Assembly: GCA_035221665.1 (NCBI GenBank)
Contig: CM069166.1
Coordinates: 3,906,001 to 3,970,000 of the forward strand
DNA from: Okamejei kenojei
Lineage: Eukaryota
DNA length: 64,000 nucleotides
Reading direction: 5' to 3'
This document shows, piece by piece, positions 1 through 13,299 of the stretch. Under the pieces are notes generated by a model that saw nothing but the letters and a program-made list of their open reading frames with translations, ran no database searches and had not been told where the DNA came from. Within the stretch, counting starts at the first letter, position 1, and the number at the start of each line of letters is the position of its first letter. Made by a program: the position numbers and the translations under genes.

Positions 1-465
1 AACGTGGCACAACATAGAACTAGTGTGAAGGGGTGATCGATGGTCGGCACGGAGCCGCAGGGCCCATTTCCGTGCTGTATCTCTAAATTAAACTAAACTA
101 AACACAAACATTGTCAATAGGGATGAGGAATGGAAGACCAGCTCACGTACCATTGTTGGCTGTGGGCTAGGTGATAACGAGTTATACAGACAATGAAACT
201 CAGCGGGACGACAGTGAAACTAGTACAATGACTAGAGTCACTTGCACGGGTTAGACACCTGTACTAATCAAGAATCTATCTATCTCTGCCTGAAAAATAC
301 CCATTGACTTGGCCTCCACAGCCATCTGTAGCAACAAATTCCCCAGATTCACCGCCCTCTGATTAAAGGCCTTGTGCATGCATTGACTGCTGCATTTCCT
401 ATTTCACAATAGTTCTTCAAAATGAGATTTATTGCCGAAAGTTGCAAAAAATACTTGATAGAAAT

Positions 466-737
466 TCAGATGGACACAAGACGCTGGAGGAACTCAGCGG
501 GACAGGCAGCATCTCTGGAGAGAAGGAATGGGTGATATTTCGGGTCGAGACCCTTCTTCAGACTGATGTCAGGGGAGTGGGTGGGACAGAGATAGAATGT
601 AGTTGGAGACAGTAGGACTGGTGGGAGAACTGGGAAGGGGGAGGGGATGGGGAGACAGGGAAAGCAAGAGCCATTTGAGGTTGGAGAAGTCAATGTTCAT
701 ACCGCTGGGGTGAAAGTTGCCCAAGCAAAATATGAGG
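466..737 (-). mobile_element. Penelope-like element 3' end/pLTR fragment
   Basis: Reverse complement of the ...LHPSGMNIDFSN ORF end plus the CTGAAGAAGGGTCTCGACCCGAAA pLTR. Confidence 0.7.
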
Positions 738-2704
738 TTAAAGGGTGACTATATAGAATGCTATAAAATAGTAAGATTAAATGAGAACTTACCAGTTCGA
801 AGTTTGATCGTTATTTTATGAGGAGTAACGATGAGGGAGCACATCTTTCCTCATGTAATTTAGCAAAATGCATCCACCGCTCCTGCTCCCGGTTTTCCCA
901 CGAGAAACATTTGAGCAATCGGTGATTTAATCTGGACACAAACAGATTAATGGTAAGTAATCCATATTACTGACAATGTTTTTTCCCCTGATTTGTTGTC
1001 TGCAACAACATTGTCTCTTCCTTAGAGATAAACCGCTGAACTAAAACATTTTTAGAATACGCCACATCTGGTTACCCAGATAATCACTTGATAATGATCT
1101 TACTTGACCCATGTGATTGATATATGCCACAGCCGTGGTATTGTTCACCTGATTGGACATGCACACTTTCATAGTAGAACAATAGGCATTTAATCCATAA
1201 AAAGCTCCTGATACTCCAATAATTAATACAAATGTTTGGAGAAAAAAGTTTCTTAGGACAATCCATTTGCAATTCCCTGGTGTTATTGTCAGTAGTCCTC
1301 TAAACAAGGGACGTATCAAATATTAACTTGATAAGAATAGATATTATACTTATCTTAGCCCAACTAATCACAGAAGCTATCCATCATCCGAGAATACTTG
1401 CTTCAGTTTGCAACGGCTGCTAAGCAGCTTGTGGAACCTTTTCTATCCACCACTTTAATTCTGATAAAATATCCTTTGGTAATTGCATAGGCCTGTCAAG
1501 AAGGCCTGCATACTTTTATAATGCTTGTGTTTTTCCTTTTTTGGAGCTTTTTTACTCTTTTACCTAAGCGCCTTCTCGGATGGAGGGACAAAGTTTGTCA
1601 ACAAAGCAATGAGACATATTTGTAATATTGGCATTTTGTTTCTCGGAAAAAAAAATGTTCCCCCATATGGTGCTGAATTACTCCTAAACCCAGAATAGTA
1701 ATTTAGGAATGTTTATGAATGCCTAAAACATAGTTTTTATTGGATGGGTCAGGACCCTTGCCTCTCAACAGGCTTGTAATTGCTGCACTAATTTGCAGCT
1801 GACTCCTGATCAACCTTCCAATTTAAAATGTGATCAAGATAAACCATGACCATGTGTCCTCATTAGTGCAAGTGCTGATCTTCTATCAGTGCAATTGCTG
1901 TTCCAATAATTGTGTGAACAACCTAGAACTGAGTTTAATCCATTAGACAATGTCTTAACTTGCAACAGCTGACCCATCTAATTAATTTCAAGCACCTGTA
2001 AAGGTGATAATAAATTGGTACTAAATACCATCCTTCAAGTCTTATAGTAATGATTAACAATTTGTTAATAACAACTGTTTTTCAGTATTGAAGATGTCCA
2101 TTTTGATAAAATGTTTTTACACTGTAATAGTGTATTTAAAATGATGTCTCGTATGGCTTTACCACCACATCTTCCTTCTTCCTGGGGAAATTATGATACA
2201 AATTTACATACCTCTTCTTTATTGGAGATATTTTGGGTGCAAACCTAAAATCAATTTTTAGGTTTTCCTATACAAGAGAACCAATTCTACAATTTTTTTG
2301 TAGATCCTTTACACATTAAAATAAATCAATCCGTTGTTATGCCATATCATTGATCATAACACACCTGTAATCTCCCACAATTGGAGATTTCATCAACTTC
2401 TTCTGTAACAAGTTTTTGCACCTCTTCAAATGTACATGAAGCCTTCTCTCCCCAACCATATGGGTTCACATAAGGCTGTGCTGGATAAATATTTCTTAAT
2501 CATACTCCTGCCTCTGTTTGATCCATTATCAAATCTTTACATTGGATCATAATTTTGCCAAAGTTTAATGGCCAATAGTCTTTCCTTTGTAATCAATGTC
2601 TTTGAATCATCCTGAGGCAGGTTTACGCCATAAATAATCAGGAATTTAACATGATTATTGACATTTCCCTACCATTTCCCTACCATTCCTTGCCCTCACC
2701 ATCT

Positions 2705-3940
2705 CTATTGCAGGTGATACACTCCTGACCGACATCCACTACAAACCAACTGACTCCCACAGCTACCTGGACTACTCTTCCTCCCACCCTGCTTCCTGTA
2801 AGGACTCCATCCCCTATTCCCAATTCCTCCGTCTATGCCGCATCTGCTCCCAGGATGAGGTGTTCCACACCAGGTCATCACAAATGGCCTCATTCTTCAG
2901 AGAACGGGGATTCCCCTCCCCCACCATTGATGAGGCTCGCACCAGGGTCTCCTCCATACCCCGCAACACTGCCCTCTTTCCCCATTCCCCCACTCGCAAA
3001 CAGGGCAGAGTCCCCTTGGTCCTCACCTTTCACCCCACCAGCCGGCAAATACAACACATAGTCCTCCGCCAGTTTCGCCACCTCCAACGTGACCCCTCCA
3101 CTCGCCACATCTTCCCATCTCCCCCCCTGTCTGCCTTCCGCAAAGACCGCTCCCTCCGCAACTCCCTTGTCAATTCTTCCCTTCCCTCCCGCTCTACCCC
3201 TTCCCCGGGCACTTTCCCTTGCAACCGCAAGAAATGCTACACTTGTCCCTTCACCTCCCCCCTCCACTCCTTTCAGGGACCCAAGCAGTCCTTCCAGGTC
3301 TGACAGAGGTTCACCTGCACCTCCTCCAACTTCATCTACTGCATCCGCTGCTCCAGATGCCAGATGATCTATATCGGTGAGACCAAGCGTTTCGCCGAAC
3401 ACCTCCGCTCGGTCTGCAATAACCAAGCCGACCTCCCGGTGGCTCAGCACTTCAACTCCCCCTCCCATCCCGTATCCGACCTCTCGGTCCTGGGCCTCCT
3501 CCACGGCCAGAGTGAGCAACACCGCAAGTTGGAGGAACAGCACCTCATATTCCGCTTGGGGAGTCTGCATCCTCTGGGCTTGAACATTGAATTTTCTCAA
3601 TTCCGTTAACCCTTGTTGTCTCCTCCCCTTCCCACCTCTCCCTCAGCCCTTGGGCCCTGGCATTCCCTCTATCTCTATCTCCCTCCCCCACCCTAGTCGC
3701 ACTAGCTTCTCATTTTCACACCACAAACAGCTTACAATGGCTTGTTCCCTTTATCATCGATACTTTTTTTGCATATCTTTCATTCATTGTTCTTTATCTC
3801 TCCACACCACCGTCTATATCTCTCGTTTCCCTGATCCCTGACCAGTCTGAAGAAGGGTCTCGACCCGAAACGTCGCCTATCTCCTTCGCTCCTTAGATGC
3901 TGCTGCACCCGCTGAGTTTCTCCAGTCTTTTGTGTACCCA
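2705..3940 (+). mobile_element. Penelope-like element, 5'-truncated (RT C-terminus, GIY-YIG endonuclease, pLTR), nested in DIRS copy 1
   Basis: IYCIRCSRCQ..YIGETKR...EH GIY-YIG motifs, CNRKKCYTC zinc linker, in-frame stop at 3301, and a downstream pLTR with a hammerhead-like core at 3847-3874. Confidence 0.85.
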
Positions 3941-4726
3941 GGAGTTTAACATAACTTGATCTGTATTGACCTGCAAATCTAAAATACAAAAATGGTCCCA
4001 ATAACAATTTTATATATATATATATAAAATACATTTTTTATACCATTGAGCTCCACAAACAAATGGCAATTTGTCTTTTTATTTAAAATGTTTTGGTTTT
4101 GCACAATGTTTTACTTGTTTTACATAAGTAGTGATGCCACGCACCAGCTTGAAATTCTTTGAAATCGCATTTCCTTATGTCTCATATGTAATTGAGACAT
4201 GGGTACGGTAATCGGATTCACCGTTGATACCTTAATAAATGTTTTATCAATAACTCTGCTGTTTCAACCATAACAGCTTTATGAAGCTGGTGAGAGACCA
4301 ATTAATGTTGGTTACCATGGTTCCCTTCCATGGCCTCACTCCTTCATTCAGGTATCGTACTTAGTACACCTGTATGTATATTTGTGCTGTGGTGGGTACT
4401 TTATAACCAGCCACCACTATCAATGCACCTTCAGGGTCAGTTTTTTCCATTTTCTTTTACTGCCCTGGTACTCCTGAGATTTTCCTCAAGGAGACTACCT
4501 CCAAATCAATCTGAGGTAGATATTCCCACATTGGTAAATCCCACCATATATATTAGTATATGGAAACCCCTCAGGGTCTGTTTTTGGGAATATTCTGGGC
4601 TTTTTTTTTAAACCCTTTTGGTTGAATTATTAAATTGGAGTCTTTCTCCATTAATTTATTCTAAGCCATAAAGCTTTTTTGTCTGTAGGCCTTTTTTATT
4701 AGAACTTTTAAATCATGGCCTCTCTA

Positions 4727-4950
4727 GAAACATAGAAACATAGAAATTAGGTGCAGGAGTAGGCCATTCAGCCCTTCGAGCCTGCACCGCCATTCAATAT
4801 GATCATGGCTGATCATCCAACTCAGTATCCCGTACCTGCCTTCTCTCCATACCCTCTGATCCCCTTAGCCACAAGGGCCACATCCAACTCACTCTTAAAT
4901 ATAGCCAATGAACTGGCCTCAACTACCCTCTGTGGCAGAGAGTTCCAGAG
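4727..4950 (-). mobile_element. CR1 LINE 3' fragment
   Basis: LWNSLPQRVVEA..L..FK.ELD C-terminus and (CATAGAAA)n tail. Confidence 0.8.
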
Positions 4951-5223
4951 ACTTCTCTCTAACTTTTTAAAATTTCTCCCCATTGGAGTTTTTCTCATAG
5001 CCAAAAGTTTGTGGAGCAACTAAAGTCTCCCTAACGGTAACTTTAACAGCCACCTGTATCGGAACCAGCTCCGCACTGATCTGCCGTCCCGATCGCTGAG
5101 TTTTCCCCTGGGATGCTTTTTAAACTCGGAGTATTTAAACTTTTTTTCACCCGGAGTATTTTCTTTTCTTTTTAACTTTTAAACTCCGTTTTTTCACCTG
5201 GAGTATTTACTTTTCTTTTTAAC

Positions 5224-8200
5224 TTTTTTTTATTTTTTTTTTTTTTTATTTTTGTTAGAAGTAAGTACAGTAGTCTGGTACTTAAGTACCTAATACATAA
5301 ATACATATTTTCATTCTTGTACAACTTCATACTTTTAGTTCAATAATAAAAGAACAGTGAGAGAAAAAAGAAATAAAGAGTGTCGGAATAGACAAGCGAG
5401 TAGAAACAGAAAACAAAAAAAAAAAATAAAGGACAGAGGTGAGAAGTTAAAAGATTGAAAGAGAAGGAAAAAGTAAAAAGAAAAGAGAGATTAGGAGAGA
5501 TCTACCTATCTTATATTTTTGCCCATCCGTCACCCAGTTCTAAACATTTAATTTCTAAGGTTATGTTATGTTGCACCATATGCTTGTATAAAGTTGATGA
5601 ACGGAGACCAAATCTTTAAGAATTGGTCTACTTTGCCTAGTAAGAGGAATCTCATTTCTTCAAGATGTAGCGTTTCAGACATGTTTGAGATCCACATTTT
5701 GAATGTTGGCGTAGGTGCGTTTTTCCAAAATTTAAGTATAAGTTTTTTTCGCTGTTGTTAGACCATAATTAAGAAAAGCTTCTTGGAATATAGTTAGTTT
5801 ACTTCCCTCTTCCGTTGATCCAAAGATAATCAATTCAGTATTGGGGTTCAATTTTGTGTTAAATAGTTTTGTAAAAATTCCAAAAATTTCATTCCAAAAT
5901 GTATACAGTTTTGTACAAGAGACAAAGGAATCTGCTATAGTGGCATTTTGAGTTAGACATTTGTCGCAGATGGGGAAACATTTGAAAATATTTTATTCAG
6001 TCTTGTTTTCGAATAATATGATCTATGTAAAATTTTAAATTGAATTAGGTTATGTCTTACATTCATTGAACATTTGTTTACATATAATAAATTTTTATCC
6101 CAACTATCGTTCGGAATTTTTATCAATAACTCTTGTTCCCAGTCTCTTCTAATTGCTTCTGTCGTTGGTGTTTCTATATTTAGAATTATAATATATAAGT
6201 AAGATATTAAATTGCTTGATTCTGCCTTTCTATTCATTCCTTCCTCCAGTAGATCTGGGGTTAAAGTTTGATATCCTTGTATATACTTTTTCAAATAATC
6301 TTGAATTTGAAGGTATTTGTAATATTGATTACTTTTCAAATTATATTTTAGTTGTAATTGTTGGAATGATAAAAGTTTTCCCATTTCATACATATCACCC
6401 ATCATTTTAATTCCTATTCTTTCCCAATGGGTAAACGTTTTATCAATAATGGATGGTTTGAATGAGGGATTATTAGCTATTGGAGAAAGAAGCGATAATT
6501 TTCTTAATTTTAAAGTTAATTTTATTTGTTTCCAAATTCGTATTATACTATGAATAATTGGATTCTTCTTGTATATTACATTGTTCAGTTTTATCGGAGA
6601 AAGTAGGATTGCTCCTATATTATAAGGGGAACAATCCTCTTTCTCCATTCTTATCCAATCTACCTGTTGGGCAGAACTGTCCAACCAGTAGATTATATTT
6701 TTAATATTCACTGCCCAATAATAATACAATAAGTTAGGGAGTGTCAGCCCCCTGATTCTTTAGATTTACACAAGTGGTTTTTTTTTTAAATTCTGTGTGA
6801 TTTATAATCCCATATGAAGTTTATAATATCTGAATCTAATTTTTTGAAGAATTTTTTAGGTATGTATATTGGTATTGATTGAAATAGGTACAATATTTGT
6901 GGTAAGAAGATCATTTTTATCGCGTTTATTCTGCCTATTAATGACATCGGCAGTGTCTTCCAAAATTTAATCAGCCCATTTAATTTAGTTAATAAAGGCG
7001 TATAGTTTGCGTTGAGTAATGATTTATAGTTCTCAGTAATTTGGATGCCCAAATATTTAAATTTTTCTGTTGTAATTGTAAAAGGGAATTTCAACAGATG
7101 TGTCGACTCTTGAGGTTTTATCGTCATAATTTCGCTTTTGTTCCAATTTATTCTATATCCTGAAAAAGAACCAAATTCTTCTATTAAATTTAGTATATTT
7201 GGTATGCTAGTTTGCGAATTTGTAACATATAATAATATACCGTCTGCATATAATGAAATTTTATTATTCGAGTGTTTGGTAATATACCCATGAATGTTCG
7301 GATGGCTTCTTATACTTTCAGCTAAAGGCTCTATCACTAGTGCAAAAAGCAGGGGCTATAACGCGCACCCCTGCCTATTGCCCCTTGCTAAATAGAATTT
7401 CGGGGATAATATATTATTAGTCAATATTCTAGCCGTCGGCTTATCATATAGTAGTTTTACCCATGAAACAAAGTTATCTCCCATATTAAATTTTTCCAAT
7501 ACTTTGAATAAATATTGCCATTCTACTTGATCAAAAGCTTTTTCTGCATCCAATGAAATAATTGCTAGTTCTTCTTCAGTATTATGTGAGTACATTATAT
7601 TAGACAACCGTCTCAAATTGTTAAATGAGTATCTCTTTGGTATGAACCCTGTTTGGTCCGGATTTATTAGTTTACTAACATATTTACTCAATCTTCTCGC
7701 TAGGGTCTTCGTTAATATTTTTTGGTCTGTATTTAGGAGTGCAATAGCTCTATATGAGCCTGGGTCTTCTAGATCTTATCCTTTTTTGGTATAAGTGTAA
7801 TAGTTGATTCAGTTAGTGTTTCTGGTAGTTTATTTTCTTTAAAAATGTATATATATAAATCTTGCAACCGTGGAGAAATTATTTCGTAGAATCTTTTATA
7901 GAATTCTTTACTAAAGCCATCTGGTCCTGGGGTTTTGCCATTCTTCAACAAACTAATTGTTTCTTCTATTTCCTGTAGTGTAATCTGAGCTCCTAATGCC
8001 TCTTGTTCCACCATATTTAATTTTGGAAGATTACAGTTATCTAAGAAATTTGCAATTTGAGTATTATTTGCAGAAGTTTTCGATGTATATAAATTTTGAT
8101 AAAATTGAGCAAATCTTTTATTAATATATTTAGGTAGTGTTAGTAATTCCCCTTTGTCTGATTTAATTTTAGTAATTGTATTTTCTGTGTCCCTTTTTTT

Positions 8201-8680
8201 CAGTTGGCGTGCTAGGAGTTTATGAGGTTTATCACCAAATTCAAAAGTTTCTTGTTTTGTAATTTGAAATAATCTCATTATTCTGGTCGATAAAATTGTA
8301 TTTAATTTATATTTTAGTATTATTATCTTATTATGTTTATCTATAGTTGGTTCTTTGGCATTTTCTAAATCAAATTGTCTAATTTCTTGTTCTAACTGCA
8401 ATTGTTCAGTATTATTCTTTTTATTTTGGAAAGCTTGGTATGAGATTATAGTTCCTCTAATAAATGCCTTAAAAGTTTCCCGTAATAAGGAGGGTGAAAT
8501 ATCTGGTGTATCATTTGTCTCAAAGAAGAATCTCATCTGCTCATTTAAATATGTGCAACCTTGTGAGTTATTTAAAATTTGGGGGTTAAACCTCCAAAAC
8601 AAATTTTTATCGGGCATTACTTCTAATTTTAAAGAAAAAGTTAACGGTGAATGATCAGAAATGATACTATTATGATATTT
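5224..8680 (-). mobile_element. L1/Tx1-clade LINE, 5'-truncated and frameshifted ORF2, inserted in DIRS copy 1
   Basis: ORFs 7769..8617, 7356..7691, 6786..7337 and 5953..6729 give the APE end (ISDHSP), KTPGPDG, DQTGF, SLDAEKAFD, GNRQGC and LYAD. The poly-A tail is seen as the T-run at 5224-5253. Confidence 0.92.
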
Positions 8681-9391
8681 TAAACTTTTAAACTCCGTTT
8701 TTTCACCCAGAGTATTTTCTTTTCTTTTTAACTTTTAAACTCTGTTTTTTCACCCGGAGTATTAACTTTTCTTTTTAGCTTTTAAATTCCGTTTTCCCTT
8801 TTTAACTCCTGGTGGCTCTATACACCAGCCACAGAGTTTGGATATGCCCTGTAAGTAATTCAACTGTACTTACCTGCGGGCCCGTACCTACCGCTGAGAG
8901 GAGCTGCGCTCTGCAACTCTTGCTCTGCCGTCAGCGTGGACATAATGCCGATCATGTGCCAGGCGGGGCTTCTTCACGTAGCCACTCACGTGACTCCGAA
9001 GTAAAATAGATAACTGATTTTACAAACTTGTTGTGTTGCTGCAAGTAAGAATGTAATTGTCCTGTTTCAATACATGTGGCAATTAAACACTCTTGACTAT
9101 CCAGACAAATTAGACATAAATGAACATTTTAATGAAAGAAGGTATTAGTGCAAACTACATTTAGAAACAAATACAAGCCCATGGCAGGTTATGGTGAACA
9201 AAAAAGGTTTTTCTTAAAATAGTTGCTAAATACTTCTTCCAGCTCATAACACAGACAAACGCAGACATTACTTCAGACCAAATGCAAAGCTAAAGCACTC
9301 AGTCAAAAATGTGAAACTGACACTTATTGGTGTAATATCCCAATTCTTTCTCAGAGAATAAAAAAGACCCACGAGTTTTGGAAATGGAACG

Positions 9392-9666
9392 TGTAGGAAG
9401 GAACTGCAGATGCTGGTTTTGACTGAAGATAAGCACAAAATGCTGGAGTAACTCAGCGGATCTGGCTGCATCTCTGGGGAGAAGGAATGGGTAAAGTTGT
9501 GGGTCGAGACCCTTCCTCAGACTGATAGGGTCTCACTCTCAGTGTGAAGAAGGTACTCGACCCGAAACGTCACCCATCCCTTCTCTTCGGAGATGCTGCC
9601 TGTCCCGCTGAGTTACTCTAGCATTTCATGTTTACCTTTGGTGTAAACCAGCAGTTCCTTCCTGCA
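9392..9666. mobile_element. Fold-back (palindromic) Penelope pLTR derivative, representative copy
   Basis: Left arm GGAAGGAACTGCAGATGCTGG...ACCCTTCCTCAGAC and right arm GTGAAGAAGG...CAGTTCCTTCCT are inverted copies. Similar elements occur at about 12214-12425, 16212-16400, 22340-22480, 30745-30890, 32640-32877, 53950-54068, 54268-54470 and 61277-61430. Confidence 0.75.
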
Positions 9667-9825
9667 TGTTTTAATTCTGTTAATGTGCAGGAAAGAACTG
9701 CAGATGCTGGTTTAAACTGAAGAAGGGTGTCGACCCGAAATGTCGACACCCTTTCCTTCTCTCCAGAGATGCTGCGTGACCGGCTGAGTTACTCCAGTAT
9801 TTTGTGTCTACCTTTAATTCTGTTA

Positions 9826-10641
9826 AAGAAGGAACTGCAGATGCTGGAAAATCGAAGGTAGACAAAAATGCTGGAGAAACTCCAGTGGGTAAGGTAGCAT
9901 CTATGGAGCGAAGGAAATAGGCGACGTTTCGGGCAAGACCCTTCTTCAGACTGTGTGAGGGTTGGGGGGGGGGTGAAGAAGAAAGAAAAAGGTGGAGACA
10001 GTGGGCTGAGGGAGAGCTGAGAAGGGGAGGAGAGAGCAGGCCTCAAATTAGAGAAGTCAATGTTCATACCGCTGGGGTGAAAACCAGGTGTCAATTCATC
10101 CTTTCCCTGGTCAATTCGCCCCTTCACACCCAAACCACCCCCTCTCCTGGCACTTTCACTTGCAACTGCAGGAAATGCTACATTTGTCTCTTTACCTCCC
10201 CCTTTGACTCCATTCAAGGGCCCAAGCAGTCTTTCCAGGTGCGGCAGAGGTTCACCTGCACCTCCTCCAACCTCATCTATTGCATCCGCTGCTCTAGGTG
10301 TCAGCTGCTCTACATCGGTGAGACCAAGCGTAGGCTTGGCGATCGCTTCGCCCAACACCTCCGCTTGGTCCGCAATAACCAACCTGATCTCCCGGTGGCT
10401 CAGCACCTCAACTCCCCTTCCCATTCCGAATCTGGCCGTTCTGTCCTGGGACTCCTCCGTGGCCAGAGTGAGGAGAACCGTAAATCGGAGGAGCAGCACC
10501 TCATATTTCGCTTGGGCAGTCTGCACCCCAGCGGTATGAACATTGACTTCTCTAATTTCAGGTAGTCCCTGCTTTCTCCTCCCCTTCTCAGCTCTCCCTC
10601 AGCCCACTGTCTCCGCCTCTTCCTTTCTTCTTCCTCCCCCC

Positions 10642-10675
<34 letters not shown>

Positions 10676-11780
10676 ACCACCCTCAGGACAGTCTGAAGAA
10701 GGGTCTCAAACCCGAAACGTTGCCTATTTCCGTCGCTCATAGGTGTTCACAGCAAAGTGACGGGGTCAGGCAGGCAAGTGGCACTGACTATAAGAATAGC
10801 CAAGATCTCAGTTTTTAGTTGCTGAAGAAAAATTGCTTTGACTGCCGTTTTATTAAGTTTATTAAAATTAGTACTGGAAAAATTAAAAGCAGGAGTAAAA
10901 TTAAAATAATCTTCTATTGTCGTCAACGCTGACAACGGGACGGATCTCACGTAGGGGACAAGGCAAGGTACACCGTTTCTTTTTTCATATAAACTTGCTA
11001 CTTTGGATGCCTTTAGTAAAAATTTCATGTTGCGAAAAGGTGACTTTGGACCCGTACGAACCGGCAGTATTTTTCCTGCCGATATGGGGTTTAAATTCAC
11101 CACAACCGCAACGTTCCAATCGATCGCGTTCCATAAAAACCCACTCGCAAGATGATTTAAATGGCCATTAATTTACGGGAATTAAACACTAAGTTCCTTC
11201 CATTTGGCCTATAAATTCATGACAGTTAGATTAAAAAATCATGTTATATTGTGAATTCTTGTGTGAATGTTATTTGGACACTTAGGCTTTTTAAAATTGT
11301 TAACCTTTTCTTAAGAAATGGATAGATGTTTAGATCTAGTAATTGAATTTTGTAATTAGCTACAATTAGGTAACTAACTAATTATATGCTTTAATTTCAG
11401 GTCATCCAAGTAAGATTGTTTCATATTTGTTTCAGAATGCTTCAATCTATAATCACTAAAAATTTCATTCAGTTTGCTTAATTTTTAAGAAGGTTATGGG
11501 CTTTTGACTGTCCTAGATCACAGCTTTTGTGTTAAGTCAATGGAAAAGCAATAGGGAACTAGATGCTAATTTCCGAGTATGAAAATGGCCATAATTTTTT
11601 TAATACTGAAGATATGAAAGTGAATTAGGTGTCAAATTAAACTTCTTTTTATGCTTTATCTGATGGGATAAATTGCAGACTTGATTCTTAAAATCTCAAA
11701 ATTTTGTAACATATCTACTATTTCCGTCACTCCATAGATGCTGCCTCACCCGCTGAGTTTCTCCAGCATTTTTGTCTACC
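9826..11780 (+). mobile_element. Penelope-like element with inverted 5' pLTR, GIY-YIG ORF remnant and interrupted 3' pLTR
   Basis: ORF 10077..10565 (LIYCIRCSRCQLLYIGETKRRLGDRF), inverted pLTR at 9826-10082, flanked by direct repeats TTTAATTCTGTTAA. Confidence 0.85.
10740..11717. mobile_element. AT-rich non-autonomous insertion (possible DNA transposon derivative) inside the Penelope pLTR
   Basis: Interrupts the pLTR, has imperfect TAG...CTA termini, and the flanking CTATTTCCGTC.CTC is duplicated on both sides. Confidence 0.4.
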
Positions 11781-13299
11781 TTTAATTCTGTTAATGTTGT
11801 CTTTCACATGCAGAGGTCATGCGGACATTGGACGTTTATTCTGTAACTGTAACGCTACCATCATAGTCTGCATGTTAGCGGAACGAGAACTATTCTCCAG
11901 CTTTTTGTGTCTATCTTTGGGAAATGGAAGACAGTTTTGATGACAATTACAGCTCAGGAAATTGGAAACCTTGGCTGAACTTGGTGTTTATAGCAAAGTT
12001 ACGGGGTCAGGCAGGCAAGTGGCACTGACTATAAGAATAGCCAAGATCTCAGTAAATTGTTCCTATAATTAATAGCGTCCACAGAGTCCAGTTGTTGGCT
12101 TCTCTTCCTATTAACAAGCAAACACATGATCTACCATCAGCCTCTGCTTACAAAATAACTGTAACTAGTCATTAAAAAGTAATTAAATGACTGTGCTGGG
12201 CATGTGGAAGGAACTGTGTAGGAAGGAAGTGCAGATACTGGTTGACACTGAAGATAGACACAAAATGATGGAGTAACTCAGTGCGACAGGCAGCATCTCT
12301 GGTGAGAAGGAATGGGTGACGTTTCGGGTCGAGGGTCTGAAGAAGGGTCTCGACCCATTCCTTCTCTCCAGAAATGCTGCCTGCCTGTCCCGCTGAGTTA
12401 CTCCAGCTTTTTGTGTCCATCTTATGTGAAAGGAACTAATGTGTATGTTCCATGTAGGAGCTTTGTGTTAGGAATTTACTGTCATGACATCAGAAAATTC
12501 CTCTGATTCTTGGCATCAAAGTCATTACAACACAAAAGGATCAAAGGGGCTTGCATAACACAATATTCTCAATGGATGCAAATAAAAGATGAGTAATTGT
12601 CCTTTTTCCTGACATAAAGCACAGATGCACAGGAAGAAATATTGATTTGTTTTGACAGTAGCACCTTGTCCCACAAGAAATGAATTTCCAGCTAATCATC
12701 ACCAATATCTTATCTTATAAATCACATTGTCTTTATCGCCAAGCTCCGTTGGCTAAAATTATTTGGCAACTTTGATTGACAAAGCAAATCCAGGCTGGAT
12801 AAGTAGAAATAAGGAACTATAGGTGGTGGTTTACCAAGGAAAGATACAAAACGCTGGAGTAACTCAGCAAGACAGTCAGCACTGAATAGACTTGATGGGC
12901 CGAATGGCCTAATTCTGCTCCTATTCCTTATGACCTTAAGCAGCACCTCTGGAGAACACGGATAGGCGACTGTTTGGGTCGAGGTCCTTCCTTTACTGGA
13001 CTCTATCCTGCACTAAATGTTATTGCCCTTATCCTGTACCTAGACACTGTAAATGCCCCGATTGTAAGCATGTAGAGTCTAACCTCGGTGTAAACCAGTA
13101 TCTGCAGCTCCTTCCTACACATTACTTCTGATAATGTCGCCTTTCACATGCAGAAATCATGCTTCTGGACATTGGACTTTTATTCTGGAACTGCTGCGCT
13201 ACAATGCTGAGCACCATATCCTGCACTCTGCACCTTTCTCTTGCTCTACCGTTTGTACTTGAGTTTGTCTGATTGAATCCCTGTATAGTATTATCTGAT

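Larger units (their letters stand above)
768..9007 (-). mobile_element. Decayed DIRS-type (tyrosine recombinase class) retrotransposon, copy 1, with nested insertions
   Basis: Left terminus 8965-9007 is the reverse complement of the copy-2 left terminus at 45275. Right terminus 768-840 matches the copy-2 ICR. RNase H motif NTTAVAYINHMG lies in ORF 1041..1319. RT motif GHMVMVYLDHIL is at about 1820-1860 on the minus strand. YR and ICR appear deleted. Confidence 0.8.

Noticed and set aside
2890-3600. 236-aa minus-strand ORF (and the 245-aa ORF at 9789..10526)
   Set aside because: Antisense shadows of the Penelope GIY-YIG coding region.
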